Origin: Synechococcus sp. UW140
Lineage (GTDB): Bacteria; Cyanobacteriota; Cyanobacteriia; PCC-6307; Cyanobiaceae
NCBI GenBank assembly: GCA_943373125.1
Contig: CALSBG010000007.1
Location: forward strand, 15,705-79,704
DNA: 64,000 nucleotides
Direction of reading: 5' to 3'
Shown: positions 6,863 through 17,199 of the stretch, piece after piece
How positions within the stretch are numbered: position 1 is the stretch's first letter
Layout: the number at the start of each line of letters is the position of its first letter
Position numbers and translations under genes: made by a program
The notes under the pieces: generated by a model
Database searches by the model: none
What the model was told of the DNA's origin: nothing
The model's input: only the letters and a program-made list of their open reading frames with translations

Positions 6863-9586
6863 GTGGGGCATACCCTCGTCATCGTTGAGAGCCCCACAAA
6901 GGCCCGCACCATCCGTGGCTTCCTGCCGAAGGAGTTTCGGGTGGAGGCCTCCATGGGCCATGTGCGCGACCTTCCCAACAACGCCAGTGAGATCCCGGCG
7001 GCCTACAAGGGCGAGAAGTGGGCCAACCTCGGTGTCAATACCACAAACGACTTCGAGCCCCTCTACGTGGTCCCGAAGGACAAGAAAAAGACCGTTAAGG
7101 AGCTCAAGGACGCCCTCAAGGGCGCCGACCAACTCCTGCTTGCCACCGACGAAGACCGGGAGGGCGAAAGCATCAGCTGGCACCTGTTGCAGCTGCTAAG
7201 TCCGAAGGTGCCCGTGAAACGCATGGTGTTCCACGAGATCACCAAGGAGGCGATTCGCCGGGCCCTCGACCAGACCCGCGAGCTCGACATGGAGCTGGTG
7301 CACGCCCAGGAAACCCGGCGAATCCTGGATCGGCTGGTGGGTTACACCCTCTCACCGCTGCTTTGGAAGAAGGTGGCCTGGGGCCTTTCGGCCGGCAGGG
7401 TTCAATCGGTGGCCGTGCGGCTGTTGGTGCTGCGTGAGCGGGCCCGGCGCGCCTTCCGCAGTGGCAGCTACTGGGATCTCAAGGCCCAGCTCCAGCACGG
7501 AGGCTCCAGCTTTGAAGCCAAACTCAGTCATTTCAAAGGGGAGCGCATTGCTGGGGGCTCCGATTTCGATGAGACCACAGGTGCCTTGAAATCCGGCAGC
7601 AAGGTCAAGCTGCTCAGCGAAGCCGAAGCCCGCAGCCTCCAGGCGGCCACCAGCGCTGCCCCGTGGCGGGTGGCCGAAGTGGAAGCAAAGCCCACGGTGC
7701 GCAAGCCCGTGCCCCCCTTCACCACCAGCACCCTGCAGCAGGAGGCCAACCGCAAGCTGCGGCTCTCGGCCCGCGACACCATGCGCACGGCCCAAGGCCT
7801 CTACGAGCGGGGCTTCATCACCTACATGCGCACCGATTCGGTGCACCTCTCCGACCAGGCCATCAATGCGGCTCGCAGCTGTGTGGCCGCGATGTACGGC
7901 AAGGACTATCTGAGTCCGGGTCCGCGCCAATTCACCACCAAGGCCCGCAACGCCCAGGAGGCCCACGAGGCGATTCGCCCCGCCGGGGAAAGTTTTCGAA
8001 CCCCCAACGAGACAGGTCTTGATGGCAAGGACCTGTCTCTCTATGAACTGATTTGGAAGCGCACCGTGGCCAGCCAGATGGCTGAGGCCAAGCTCACCAT
8101 CCTCAGTGTGGAGATCCAATCAGGGGAGGCCACCTTCCGGGCCTCGGGCAAGCAGATTGATTTCCCCGGCTTCTTCCGGGCCTACGTGGAGGGCAGCGAC
8201 GATCCCGATGCGGCCCTTGAGGGCCAGGAGGTGCTATTGCCTTCCTTGGCCGTGGGAGATGCCCCCACCTGCAAGGGCGTCGAACCCCTGGGCCACCAAA
8301 CCCAGCCCCCGGCTCGCTACAGCGAGGCATCCCTGGTGAAGATGCTCGAAAAAGAGGGCATTGGCCGGCCCTCTACCTACGCCAGCATCATTGGCACCAT
8401 CGCCGACCGCGGTTACGCCACACTCCAAAACAACTCCCTCACCCCCAGCTTCACCGCCTTTGCGGTGACGGCCCTACTCGAGGAGCACTTCCCTGAGCTG
8501 GTGGACACCAGCTTCACCGCGAAGATGGAGAACAGCCTCGACGACATCTCCACCGGCAAGGAAGAATGGCTGCCCTACCTCACCCAGTTCTTCAAGGGTG
8601 ACCAGGGCCTCGAGACCCTGGTCCAGCAGCGGGAAGGCGACATTGATCCGGGGGTATCGCGCACGGTGGCCCTGGAGGGGTTGCCCTGTGTGGTGCGCAT
8701 CGGCCGGTTTGGGGCCTATCTGGAAACCAAGCGGGTGGCGGAGGACGGCACCGAAGAACTGCTGAAGGCCACCCTCCCCCAGGAGATCACCCCCGCCGAC
8801 CTCGATGCCGAGAAGGCTGAACTGATCCTCAAGCAAAAGGCCGACGGCCCTGAATCGATCGGCGAAGACCCGGAAACCGGCGAGCAGATTTATCTCCTGT
8901 TTGGCCAGTACGGCCCCTACCTCCAGCGGGGTCAGGTGAGTGATGAAATCCCCAAACCGAAGCGCACCTCCTTGCCCAAGGGGGTCAGCCCGGAAGCCCT
9001 CACCCTGGAGGATGCCCTCGGCCTGTTGCGGTTGCCCCGCCTCCTGGGTGAGCATCCCGATGGCGGCAAGGTGCAGGCCGGTCTGGGCCGCTTTGGGCCC
9101 TATGTGGTGCACGACAAGGGCAAAGGTGAAAAGGATTACCGCTCGATCAAGGCGGAAGACGAGGTGCTCTCGATTGGCTTAAGCCGGGCCGTTGAGCTGC
9201 TGGCCATCCCCAAAAAAGGCCGGGGCGGTCGGACGGCTCTGAAGGATCTCGGCACGCCTGAGGGCGGCGATGAGGCCGTGCAGTTGTTCGATGGTCCCTA
9301 TGGCCTTTATGTGAAGCAGGGCAAGGTGAATGCCTCCCTGCCAGAAGGCAGCACCGCCGACACCATCACCCTGGAGCAGGCGGTAGAGCTGCTGGCAGCG
9401 AAGGCCGCTAGTGGCAAGGGAGCCAAGGGGCGCAAGGCCTCGGGCAGTGCAGCCAAGTCGGCTACCACCAAGGCAGCTACCACCAAGGCAGCGGCTAAGC
9501 CGGCGGCCAAAAAACCACCGGCCACCACCAAAACCGGCCGCCTGCGGGCCAGCGCCGTGCGGGTGATCAAGGCCGCGGATCGCTGA
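6863..9586 (+). CDS. topA: DNA topoisomerase I
   Basis: [55 protein letters not shown]; cyanobacterial C-terminal repeats and Lys/Ala tail. Confidence 0.98.
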   Translation: MGHTLVIVESPTKARTIRGFLPKEFRVEASMGHVRDLPNNASEIPAAYKGEKWANLGVNTTNDFEPLYVVPKDKKKTVKELKDALKGADQLLLATDEDREGESISWHLLQLLSPKVPVKRMVFHEITKEAIRRALDQTRELDMELVHAQETRRILDRLVGYTLSPLLWKKVAWGLSAGRVQSVAVRLLVLRERARRAFRSGSYWDLKAQLQHGGSSFEAKLSHFKGERIAGGSDFDETTGALKSGSKVKLLSEAEARSLQAATSAAPWRVAEVEAKPTVRKPVPPFTTSTLQQEANRKLRLSARDTMRTAQGLYERGFITYMRTDSVHLSDQAINAARSCVAAMYGKDYLSPGPRQFTTKARNAQEAHEAIRPAGESFRTPNETGLDGKDLSLYELIWKRTVASQMAEAKLTILSVEIQSGEATFRASGKQIDFPGFFRAYVEGSDDPDAALEGQEVLLPSLAVGDAPTCKGVEPLGHQTQPPARYSEASLVKMLEKEGIGRPSTYASIIGTIADRGYATLQNNSLTPSFTAFAVTALLEEHFPELVDTSFTAKMENSLDDISTGKEEWLPYLTQFFKGDQGLETLVQQREGDIDPGVSRTVALEGLPCVVRIGRFGAYLETKRVAEDGTEELLKATLPQEITPADLDAEKAELILKQKADGPESIGEDPETGEQIYLLFGQYGPYLQRGQVSDEIPKPKRTSLPKGVSPEALTLEDALGLLRLPRLLGEHPDGGKVQAGLGRFGPYVVHDKGKGEKDYRSIKAEDEVLSIGLSRAVELLAIPKKGRGGRTALKDLGTPEGGDEAVQLFDGPYGLYVKQGKVNASLPEGSTADTITLEQAVELLAAKAASGKGAKGRKASGSAAKSATTKAATTKAAAKPAAKKPPATTKTGRLRASAVRVIKAADR

Positions 9587-10071
9587 TGGCGCGCCGAACC
9601 CTGGTGGGCCTTGCTGGGGTTCTGCTGCTGGCCGGTTGCAGTGGCACGCCCTTTGGAGACCAACTCTCCCGCAGTTTCTCCAGTCCCCCTGGGGCTGGAG
9701 AAACTGCTGAGCGAGCAACGGCCACCAAGAGCGATCCGGCCCCGGCCCCCGATTCGGCCAAAAAGGCTGACCTTGCCAAAACCAGCGATCCGGCCAAACT
9801 CGCCAAAGATGCGGCCGCCACGGCCAAGGCTCCGGAAGCCAAACCCTTGCCTGCACCGGCCAGATTGGCCCCGGTCTCCCTGGCTCCAGCTCCCTACCGG
9901 GTCACGATCAAATTGCCTGCTGCGGATCCTTCCGCCCCCGCTGAGGTGGTGACCAAGGCCCTGCGCGCCGCCGGGGTGTCCTTTGAGGTGGAAACGATTG
10001 AGCGGGTGCGCAATGGCAGCCAGGGCCAGGGCGCCAACCCCAGCGTCACCCCGGCCCCCCAGCCGCGCTGA
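9586..10071 (+). CDS. Hypothetical lipoprotein
   Basis: Signal with lipobox LLLAGC; start overlaps the topA stop (TGATG). Confidence 0.8.
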   Translation: MARRTLVGLAGVLLLAGCSGTPFGDQLSRSFSSPPGAGETAERATATKSDPAPAPDSAKKADLAKTSDPAKLAKDAAATAKAPEAKPLPAPARLAPVSLAPAPYRVTIKLPAADPSAPAEVVTKALRAAGVSFEVETIERVRNGSQGQGANPSVTPAPQPR

Positions 10072-10718
10072 TGACCCGCCACCCCTTAAGCCACCGCCAG
10101 GCCAGGCAGCTGATGGATACGGCGTACCTCGCCGCCGCCACGGCCCTGCTGTGGATCGCCCTTTACTACCTGCCCGTGGGCAGTCCGTTGTTTCGCCTGG
10201 CCCTGCCCCTGCCCCTCGCCCTGCTCCAGTTGCGCCATGACTGGCGCTGCGCGGTGGAGGGGGTGGTGGTGACAGCCCTGCTCCTGCTGGCGCTGATGGG
10301 GCCGATCCGGGGTCTGCTGGTGCTGTTTCCCTATGGGGCCCTGGCCCTCTGGATGGGCTGGTGTTGGAGACGGGGTGCCAGCTGGTGGTGGAGCTGGGGG
10401 CTGGGCAGCCTGATTGGCGCGGTGGGTTTCCTGGTGCGGGTGGCGGTGCTGTCGGTGCTGGTGGGCCAAAACCTCTGGGTGGTGATCACCGGAGCGGCGG
10501 CTGGCTTGATGGAGAAACTGGCCTCCTTGGTCGGCCTTAGCGGGGCCGTGGATTTGGCCCAGGTTCAGCTGCTGGCCTTGGTTTTGGTGCTGTTACAAAA
10601 CGTTGTTGTGGTGCTGGCCATGCACGCCGTGGCCTATTGGATTTTCCCCAGGCTCAAGTCGCCGATTCCCGAACCCCCGGAGTTGCTGCGGGTGGTGGTG
10701 GCAATGGATCCGCTGTAA
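10071..10718 (+). CDS. Membrane protein, DUF2232-like
   Basis: Highly hydrophobic, MDTAYLAAATALLWIALYYLP; translationally coupled to the upstream gene. Confidence 0.8.
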   Translation: MTRHPLSHRQARQLMDTAYLAAATALLWIALYYLPVGSPLFRLALPLPLALLQLRHDWRCAVEGVVVTALLLLALMGPIRGLLVLFPYGALALWMGWCWRRGASWWWSWGLGSLIGAVGFLVRVAVLSVLVGQNLWVVITGAAAGLMEKLASLVGLSGAVDLAQVQLLALVLVLLQNVVVVLAMHAVAYWIFPRLKSPIPEPPELLRVVVAMDPL

Positions 10719-10724
10719 CGATCC

Positions 10725-11858
10725 ATGCAGGCTCCAGGCTCCCCTCCCTGGCCGACGAGTCGCATCCTGTTGCTGCTCGCTGCCACCGAAACGGCATCGG
10801 TGGAGGGTATTTCTGCCGCTGGCGCCAGCCCCCTATCCCGGCGTCAAACCGCCGCTGCCGATGCGGAGCTGCTGCTTTTGGGCCCCTTGGCGGAGCGGAC
10901 CCATGGCCTGCCGCCGCTGCCGGCGGGGGTTACGCCGGCCTTGATCAGCCATGTGGTGCTCCGGGATCTGGGCCTGTTGGCCCACACCCTGGTGGTGGAT
11001 CTGGGTTGTCCGGTGGCGCCGGCCATCCCCCACCTGCGCCTGCCTGCCCTGGAGGGCGGCGCTCCGGCACGCTGCTTGAGCAGTGGGAAGGCCATGGACC
11101 CTGGGCGGGTGCAGGCCCTACTGACGCGGGGCCGGCGCTGGGGAGATCGGTTGGGTAGGCCTACTGGAGCTGGAGGCTTGTCGCCGAGCCCGGTGGTGGT
11201 GGCGGAATGCGTGCCGGGCGGCACCACCACGGCCCTGGCTGTTCTCGAAGGCTTGGGCGTTAGGGCCCAGGGCTTGGTGAGCGGCAGCCTGCGCCATCCA
11301 GCCCATGGACTGAAGGCGGCCCTGGTGGGGCAGGGGCTTGCCGCCGCGAACCCCATGGGGGCCCAGAACACGAATCCAACCTGGGATCCGTTGGCGGTGG
11401 TAGCGGCGGTGGGGGATCCGATGCAGCCGCTGGCGGCGGGCTTGGTGCTCGGGGCTGCGGCCCGGGGGGTCCCGGTGCTCTTGGCTGGGGGAAGTCAGAT
11501 GGCGGCAGTGTTGGCGCTGGCCCTCGCGATCGCCCCTGCCGAGGGGCGGCCGGCCCTGTTGGACCTGGTCCAGGTGGCAACCACCGCTTGGGTGGCGCAA
11601 GACAGCGGCAGCAATCTCGCCCTGCTGCTGGAGCGGATTGCCCGGCGCTGGGGGCTGGAGGAGTCCCTGGTCCCCCAGGCGGCCGGCCTGCGCTTTTCCG
11701 ATTGCCGCAGTCAGGCCCTGCGGGATTACGAAAGGGGTTACGTGAAGGAGGGCGTGGGGGCGGGCGGATTAGCGCTGCTTTGGGAGCGCTGCGGCCACTC
11801 CCCCCAGGCGCTAGCTTCCGCCTGCGATGCCCTGTGCTGGCAGTGGCTGGGAGCCTAG
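10725..11858 (+). CDS. cobT: Nicotinate-nucleotide:dimethylbenzimidazole phosphoribosyltransferase-like protein (TIGR00303 type)
   Basis: TETASVEGISAAGAS, AECVPGGTTTALAVL, AVGDPMQP, LAGGSQM, YERGYVKEGVGAGG. Confidence 0.85.
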   Translation: MQAPGSPPWPTSRILLLLAATETASVEGISAAGASPLSRRQTAAADAELLLLGPLAERTHGLPPLPAGVTPALISHVVLRDLGLLAHTLVVDLGCPVAPAIPHLRLPALEGGAPARCLSSGKAMDPGRVQALLTRGRRWGDRLGRPTGAGGLSPSPVVVAECVPGGTTTALAVLEGLGVRAQGLVSGSLRHPAHGLKAALVGQGLAAANPMGAQNTNPTWDPLAVVAAVGDPMQPLAAGLVLGAAARGVPVLLAGGSQMAAVLALALAIAPAEGRPALLDLVQVATTAWVAQDSGSNLALLLERIARRWGLEESLVPQAAGLRFSDCRSQALRDYERGYVKEGVGAGGLALLWERCGHSPQALASACDALCWQWLGA

Positions 11859-11868
11859 GGTCGGGCCC

Positions 11869-12903
11869 ATGGGTTTTGGTGAAGCGCTCTCCCGCCGTCA
11901 GTTGCTGCAGCTTGGCCTGATCTCCGGGGCCGCGGTGGCAGCGCCCGGGCTTCTGGCCAGCTGTCAGCGGGACAAGCACCAGGTTTTGGCGGCCGTGGAG
12001 GGCCAGTTCCCCCAGGCCTGGAGCCAGCAACTACCAGCGGGATGGCAGCCCCGCTGGTTGGGCGATCCTGAGGCCATCGCTGCCAGCAAGGCGGCCCTAT
12101 GGTCCCTCTCCGATGGCTGGGCTTCTGCCCTGCCCCGCCAGCAGATCCAGCCCATTGGTGTTGAAGCTGAGCTGCAGCGATTGGCGCCATGGGCTGGGCC
12201 GGTGAGCCGGTTGTTTGCGCCCGAGGGTTCGCCGGCATTGGCGTTCCCCTGGGCCTTTTCGCCCTGGGTTTTGGTGTTGCGCAACCGCCCCGACCTGGCC
12301 CAGCGGCGGGCGGAGGGATGGCAGCTCCTGCTGGATCCCAGCCTCAAGGGCCAGCTGGTGCTGCCCTCGAGCCCGCGGGTGGCGATGGCCCTGCTGGGTA
12401 ATGGCCTTGAGCCCCTGATGGCCCTGCGGCGCCAGGCCCTTGCCTATGACGAACGCCATGGCCTGAATCTGTTGCTCAGTGGCGAAGCCCAAGCCCTGGT
12501 GACCCCGTTGCAGCGGGTCATCCCCCTGCTGCGGCGGGATCAGCGCCTCCAGGTGGTGCTCCCCGCCTCTGGAGCACCGCTCACCTGGCAGCTGTTGGTG
12601 CGACCAGCGCCTGGGGTTGCTGGGCCCGTAAACGGATCAGGGGCACCCCTGCCGGCGGCCTGGATCCAGAAGCTCTGGGACCGGTCCCTGCTGGAAAGTT
12701 TGCTCCTCAAGGGCTGGGTGCCGCCCCTGCCGCGGGCGGTGCTGGAGCCCGTGCTGAGGGGCTTTCCCAAACCGGTGGCCCAGTTGCTGCTGCCCAGCGA
12801 TGGGGTGCTTGAGCGGTGCTGGAGCTTGCCCCCCTTGGCCCCCGAGGCGCGGCTGGCGCTGCAAACCCTTTGGGACGCTGCCGCTGCCGAGCTCGAGACC
12901 TAG
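11869..12903 (+). CDS. Tat-exported extracellular solute-binding protein (polyamine-type ABC SBP-like)
   Basis: Twin-arginine signal SRRQLLQLGL ending LLASC; SBP-like WQLLLDPSLKGQLVLPSSPR. Confidence 0.7.
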   Translation: MGFGEALSRRQLLQLGLISGAAVAAPGLLASCQRDKHQVLAAVEGQFPQAWSQQLPAGWQPRWLGDPEAIAASKAALWSLSDGWASALPRQQIQPIGVEAELQRLAPWAGPVSRLFAPEGSPALAFPWAFSPWVLVLRNRPDLAQRRAEGWQLLLDPSLKGQLVLPSSPRVAMALLGNGLEPLMALRRQALAYDERHGLNLLLSGEAQALVTPLQRVIPLLRRDQRLQVVLPASGAPLTWQLLVRPAPGVAGPVNGSGAPLPAAWIQKLWDRSLLESLLLKGWVPPLPRAVLEPVLRGFPKPVAQLLLPSDGVLERCWSLPPLAPEARLALQTLWDAAAAELET

Positions 12904-12911
12904 CCCAACCC

Positions 12912-14090
12912 CTAGCCCCAGAGCCGGCGCCTGGGGGCGGCGGCGAGCCTGCGGTGGGTGTCGGCCAAGAGATCCGGAATCGCCAGCCCATGGGGGCAGC
13001 GGGGGAGGCAGGCGCCGCAGCGCTGGCAGGCGTCGGCATTGAGGCTCTCCCACCAGTGGCCGGCCCGGCCAATCAGGTTGTAACGCTCGCTAGCAAAGGC
13101 CTCCATGCCATGGCCCACAGCCAGGTTGCGCAGCCTCAGGAGCTCGGGAATCGGCACTTCCGCAGGGCAGGGCAGGCAGGCTCGACACTGGCCGCAGCGC
13201 CCGTTGCCGAGCCGCCCCGCCCCGGCTGCCGCGAGGCGGTCCACGGCGGCAGCCATTTCTGCAGCGGCCACCTCGGAGCTGGGCTCCCTGCTGGAGAGCG
13301 CCAGCCGCCGGGCCCAGGCCAAATCGCCCGGCTGGGCTGCCCCCAGGGTGAGGGTGGAAATTCCCGCATCCAGCAGGAAGCGGTAGGCCAGTTCCAGGGG
13401 CTCAAAGGGCTGGCAGTCGGCGATCAGCTCCGGCGCTGGGTCGTAGAGCCGGCCGCCTTTGTCGGCTGGTGAGATGGCCATCACGCCGATGCCATCGGCC
13501 AGGGCTTGGCGGGCGATGGGCATTCGGGTTTGATCAAACAAATGGAGGTGGAGGCTGCAGAACTGAAAGATGCCACTGCCCAGGGCGGCCTCGATCAGCC
13601 CTGGGCTGCCGTGGCTGGAGAAGCCCACTTGACCCACCAAACCTTCGGCTTGGGCCCACTGCAGCAGGTCGGCGCCGGGGCCGTTTAGGGCCCACCTGAG
13701 GTGCTCCTGGAGGTTGAGGCCATGGATGGCCAGGGAGGTGAGTTGCGTAACGCCAAGCCGCTCCAGGATCGCGCCCAGGGCCCGTTGCCCGCTGGCCAGA
13801 TCACCGCCTGGAAGCAGCTTGCTGGTGATCAGCCAGCCCCCCGCAGGGGCGGCGCCCTCCTGGTGGAGCTGGCTGAGGGCCTTTGCGAGAAAGCTTTCGG
13901 CGGGACCATAGGCGGGGGCCGTTTCCAGGTGGTTGATGCCTGCGGCAAGGGCTGCGCGCAGCACGGCCTCCATTTGGGCTGGGCTGTTGACAGCCCGCAT
14001 GGTGCCCAGGGTGAAGGGCGACACCGCCGGCCCGCGGCCAAAGGCTCGCCTTGGCCAGGGGCCGGTTGGGCCCACCGGGTCAGTGGTCAC
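12912..14090 (-). CDS. Aldo/keto reductase with C-terminal 4Fe-4S dicluster
   Basis: FTLGTMR, INHLETAPAYGPAE, VGFSSHG; CGQCRACLPCP and CQRCGACLPRCP. Start estimated at GTG 14090. Confidence 0.88.
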   Translation of the reverse strand: MTTDPVGPTGPWPRRAFGRGPAVSPFTLGTMRAVNSPAQMEAVLRAALAAGINHLETAPAYGPAESFLAKALSQLHQEGAAPAGGWLITSKLLPGGDLASGQRALGAILERLGVTQLTSLAIHGLNLQEHLRWALNGPGADLLQWAQAEGLVGQVGFSSHGSPGLIEAALGSGIFQFCSLHLHLFDQTRMPIARQALADGIGVMAISPADKGGRLYDPAPELIADCQPFEPLELAYRFLLDAGISTLTLGAAQPGDLAWARRLALSSREPSSEVAAAEMAAAVDRLAAAGAGRLGNGRCGQCRACLPCPAEVPIPELLRLRNLAVGHGMEAFASERYNLIGRAGHWWESLNADACQRCGACLPRCPHGLAIPDLLADTHRRLAAAPRRRLWG

Positions 14091-14682
14091 CAGGACTGGC
14101 TTCGCCCAGGTCAGGGGTGCTATCGGCCTCGGGCTTGGCCTTGCTGAGGTGGCGCACCAAATCCGCGGGGCTGGTCTGATCAAGAAACCGCCGGAAGTTG
14201 GCCTGTTCGTCGGCATCGGCTTCGGCATCCACCGGAATGGAGGCATCGGCCACCACCTCTTCGAGCATCCAAATGGGACTGCCCGTACGCAGGGCTAGGG
14301 CGATGCCATCACTGGGGCGGGCATCGAGTTCGATGCCTGGGGTGTGGCTTGGACTTGTCGAGCCTTTTGGTTTGCCGGGGGCGGTGTTGTCCTTTGGGCC
14401 TGCGGGGCTCAGCTTCAGCACGGCCTGGAAGGTGCTCGCTTCGATCGCATGGATGATCACACGATCCAGCTTCAGACCTCCGGCCTTCAGCAACGCCACC
14501 ATCAGGTCATGGCTGAGGGGCCGCGGCGGAGGGTCGGCATTGAGTCCCGCCAGGATGTTTTGGGCCTGGGCCTGGTCAATCCAGATCGGTACCTGGCGCC
14601 GGCCGGAGGGATCACGCAGCAACACGATGGGGCTGCGACTGGCCGCATCGAGGGCAATACCGGCAACCTGCATTTCGACCAT
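14080..14682 (-). CDS. Bifunctional nuclease family protein (DUF151)
   Basis: PIVLLRD, VPIWIDQAQA, RPLSHDL, LDARPSDGIALALR. Confidence 0.9.
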   Translation of the reverse strand: MVEMQVAGIALDAASRSPIVLLRDPSGRRQVPIWIDQAQAQNILAGLNADPPPRPLSHDLMVALLKAGGLKLDRVIIHAIEASTFQAVLKLSPAGPKDNTAPGKPKGSTSPSHTPGIELDARPSDGIALALRTGSPIWMLEEVVADASIPVDAEADADEQANFRRFLDQTSPADLVRHLSKAKPEADSTPDLGEASPGDH

Positions 14683-14732
14683 GGTCGGGCGCTGCCCTTT
14701 GCCCGATTATGACCATCTCGCATGGGAAGCGG

Positions 14733-15434
14733 ATGTTCACGGGATTGGTCCAGTCCATCGGCGTGATCGAGCGCTCACCCCAGGGTGTGAGGCTGCGCTG
14801 GAAGGCGCCCCTAGCCAGGGAGGGTGAAGCCGGCTGGCTGCCTGCCGATGTGGCCCTGGGCGACAGCGTGGCTGTCGATGGGGTGTGCCTCACGGTGGCG
14901 GAGCGGCTGGGGGATGGCTTCCGGGCCGATGTGAGCCCTGAAACCCTTGGCCGCACCACGCTTTTGGCCAAAGCCGAGGCCCGGGGCCAGGTGAATCTCG
15001 AGCCTGCCCTGCGCCTGGCAGATCGGCTTGGGGGGCACTTGGTGAGTGGCCATGTCGATGGCCTGGGTGTGGTGAAGTCCATCACCCAGGGGGCGGGGTA
15101 CTGGCGGCTAGAACTGCAATGGCAAGAGCGGGCCTATGGCCGCTTTATTTGCGACAAGGCCAGCGTGGCTGTCGATGGCATCAGCCTCACCGTGGCGGGT
15201 TCTGAACCCGCAGGCGATTGTTTCTGGATCGCCGTGATCCCCCACACCTGGGGTGCCACCACCTTGCAGCACCTGCGCCCCGGTTCCCTGGTCAACTTGG
15301 AGGCCGATTTGCTGGCGAAATACACGGAAACGCTGTTGTTCGCCAAGGGCTCTGCCACCGGTGGCTCTGGTAAGCCGCAAGCCGGAGCAGGCCTGGATGC
15401 CCAATGGCTGGCCGACCACGGCTGGAGTGCCTAG
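14733..15434 (+). CDS. ribE: Riboflavin synthase
   Basis: MFTGLV start; duplicated DSVAVDGVCLTV / ASVAVDGISLTV; VNLEPAL and VNLEADLLAKY. Confidence 0.95.
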   Translation: MFTGLVQSIGVIERSPQGVRLRWKAPLAREGEAGWLPADVALGDSVAVDGVCLTVAERLGDGFRADVSPETLGRTTLLAKAEARGQVNLEPALRLADRLGGHLVSGHVDGLGVVKSITQGAGYWRLELQWQERAYGRFICDKASVAVDGISLTVAGSEPAGDCFWIAVIPHTWGATTLQHLRPGSLVNLEADLLAKYTETLLFAKGSATGGSGKPQAGAGLDAQWLADHGWSA

Positions 15435-15471
15435 GTTTCAACTGATCAACCCCTTTCCAGGTACGGGCCCG

Positions 15472-16047
15472 ATGACATCCAGCATCTGGAATCCGAATTC
15501 CGGCACCTTGCGTGCCTTCACCTTGTTTGAAGGGGTTTTGATGCTTGTCCTGGGGATGCTGGCCCTAGTTTTCCCAATCCTGGCCTCGGTGTGGGTGACC
15601 ACCGTGGTGGCGGTGGTTTTCCTGGTGGGCGGCATCGTGGGATGGATCAACAACCTGATGCGGGCCAAAAAGCTCAGCCGTTGGCTCACCTTCTGGCGCC
15701 TGGTGGTGTCCACCGTGTTTGTGGTGGCAGGGGTTTCGATGATTCAGCAGTTGGGAGCTGGCCCGGCGGGGGTGGTGCTGCCTGTCGCTTCGCTCAGCTT
15801 GGCGATCGGCATTGTCTTCTTGGTGGAGGGGGCGGTGGCCTCGGTGGTCTCCCTTGCCCACCGGGAGATCAGTGGCTGGGGTTGGGGACTCCTCAACGGC
15901 CTGATCACCCTGATCCTGGGCGGCCTGATCCTCAGCCTGCCTGCCGCCAGCCTGTTGAGCGTGCTCGGCATTTTGGTGGGCATCAGCTTTCTGTTCAGCG
16001 GCATCGACCTGCTGCGCTTCAGCGCCAGTTTTCACCCCGAAGATTGA
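15472..16047 (+). CDS. HdeD/DUF308 family membrane protein
   Basis: Six hydrophobic segments; GWGWGLLNGLITLILG, LGILVGISFLFSG. Confidence 0.8.
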   Translation: MTSSIWNPNSGTLRAFTLFEGVLMLVLGMLALVFPILASVWVTTVVAVVFLVGGIVGWINNLMRAKKLSRWLTFWRLVVSTVFVVAGVSMIQQLGAGPAGVVLPVASLSLAIGIVFLVEGAVASVVSLAHREISGWGWGLLNGLITLILGGLILSLPAASLLSVLGILVGISFLFSGIDLLRFSASFHPED

Positions 16048-16051
16048 ACCC

Positions 16052-16468
16052 TCAGCCTTCAGCAGGGCCATGGTCTGCGTCAAGGCCATGGTCTGCGTGG
16101 GGGGCTTGGTCTGCGACGGAGCAGTCGTCCAAGGGCATCAACCAAATGGAGCCGGTTTCCTGATGGAGTTCAATTTTGAATTCCATCCCCGGCTCGAGAC
16201 CCATGCGCTTGGTGTAGGCGTGGCCAATTAGCAAGTTGCCGTTGCCATGCACCCGGGTGCGGAAGTCAGCTTGCCGGCCTTTTGGCCCGCCAGGACCAGC
16301 AGAACTGGAGGGAAGGATGTATCCCTTGGCGGCAACCAGGGCCCGGTAAAAGCTTTTTTTCAACACCCGCCCACTGGGGCCCACATACCCGCAGCCGCGG
16401 GCAATTTGATCTTCCGGCCGGTTGCTAAGCGAGCGGGCGCGATCGAGTAGGGCCTGGCCTTCGAGCAT
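16052..16468 (-). CDS. Cyanobacterial AbrB-like transcriptional regulator
   Basis: LEGQALLDRARSL, IARGCGY, FYRALVAAKG, FRTRVHGNGNLLIGHAYT, LEPGMEFKIEL. Confidence 0.9.
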   Translation of the reverse strand: MLEGQALLDRARSLSNRPEDQIARGCGYVGPSGRVLKKSFYRALVAAKGYILPSSSAGPGGPKGRQADFRTRVHGNGNLLIGHAYTKRMGLEPGMEFKIELHQETGSIWLMPLDDCSVADQAPHADHGLDADHGPAEG

Positions 16469-16539
16469 GTCTCCAGGAGGAGTTGTTCAGATTGTGCCCT
16501 TTGCCGAACACCAGATGCAAGGGCTTTGGCCTCAAGTGT

Positions 16540-17199
16540 TCAAAGCAGATAAAGAATTCCATAAAGCACAACCCAGATGCCGTCTACGAAATGCCAATAA
16601 AGCTCAGCGGCCTCAAGGCCAAAATGCTCCGTGGCTGTGATGCGCCCGTTCGAGCGGGTTTGCAAGGTCACGATGGCAATGCAAATCACACCGAGGGTTA
16701 CGTGGAGCCCGTGAAAACCGGTGAGGGCATAAAAGGTGCTCGCAAAAAGGTTGTCGGTTAGTCCAAAAGGAAGCGAGAAGTACTCCACCATTTGACTGGC
16801 CAAAAAGACCACCCCCAAACCTCCAGTCACCATCAGCCAGGTGCGAGCCTTGGCGAGCTGGTTGGCCCGGCACGCCTTGCCCGCCTGGTGAAAGGTGAGC
16901 GAGCTGACAACGAGAATCACGGTGTTGATCGTGGGTAGCAGCAGCTCCAGCTCGTAGCTGCTGCCCTCAGGTAGGGGATTAACGGCCCGAAAGGTGAGGT
17001 AGGCCGCAAAGAACCCGGCGAACGTCATGCCATCGGCCACCAGGAAGGTGGCCAGGCCAAACAAGCGAAAGTCGCCATGGCTTGGGGCATGGACGGCAGG
17101 ATGGGGACTGCTGTTGGTGCGCTCGCTATCTGGGAGGTCGCTACCGGATAGATCGCTACCGGTGAGATTGCTATCGGCGAGATTGGAGAGGCTTGTCAT
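16540..17199 (-). CDS. ctaE: Cytochrome c oxidase subunit III
   Basis: FLVADGMTFAGFF, FYALTGFHGLHV, ELYWHFVDGIW. Confidence 0.95.
   Translation of the reverse strand: MTSLSNLADSNLTGSDLSGSDLPDSERTNSSPHPAVHAPSHGDFRLFGLATFLVADGMTFAGFFAAYLTFRAVNPLPEGSSYELELLLPTINTVILVVSSLTFHQAGKACRANQLAKARTWLMVTGGLGVVFLASQMVEYFSLPFGLTDNLFASTFYALTGFHGLHVTLGVICIAIVTLQTRSNGRITATEHFGLEAAELYWHFVDGIWVVLYGILYLL

Noticed and set aside
6740-7183. N-terminal extension making ndhB 681 aa
   Set aside because: Antisense to the topA 5' end and its promoter; NdhB-like sequence begins only near 6739.
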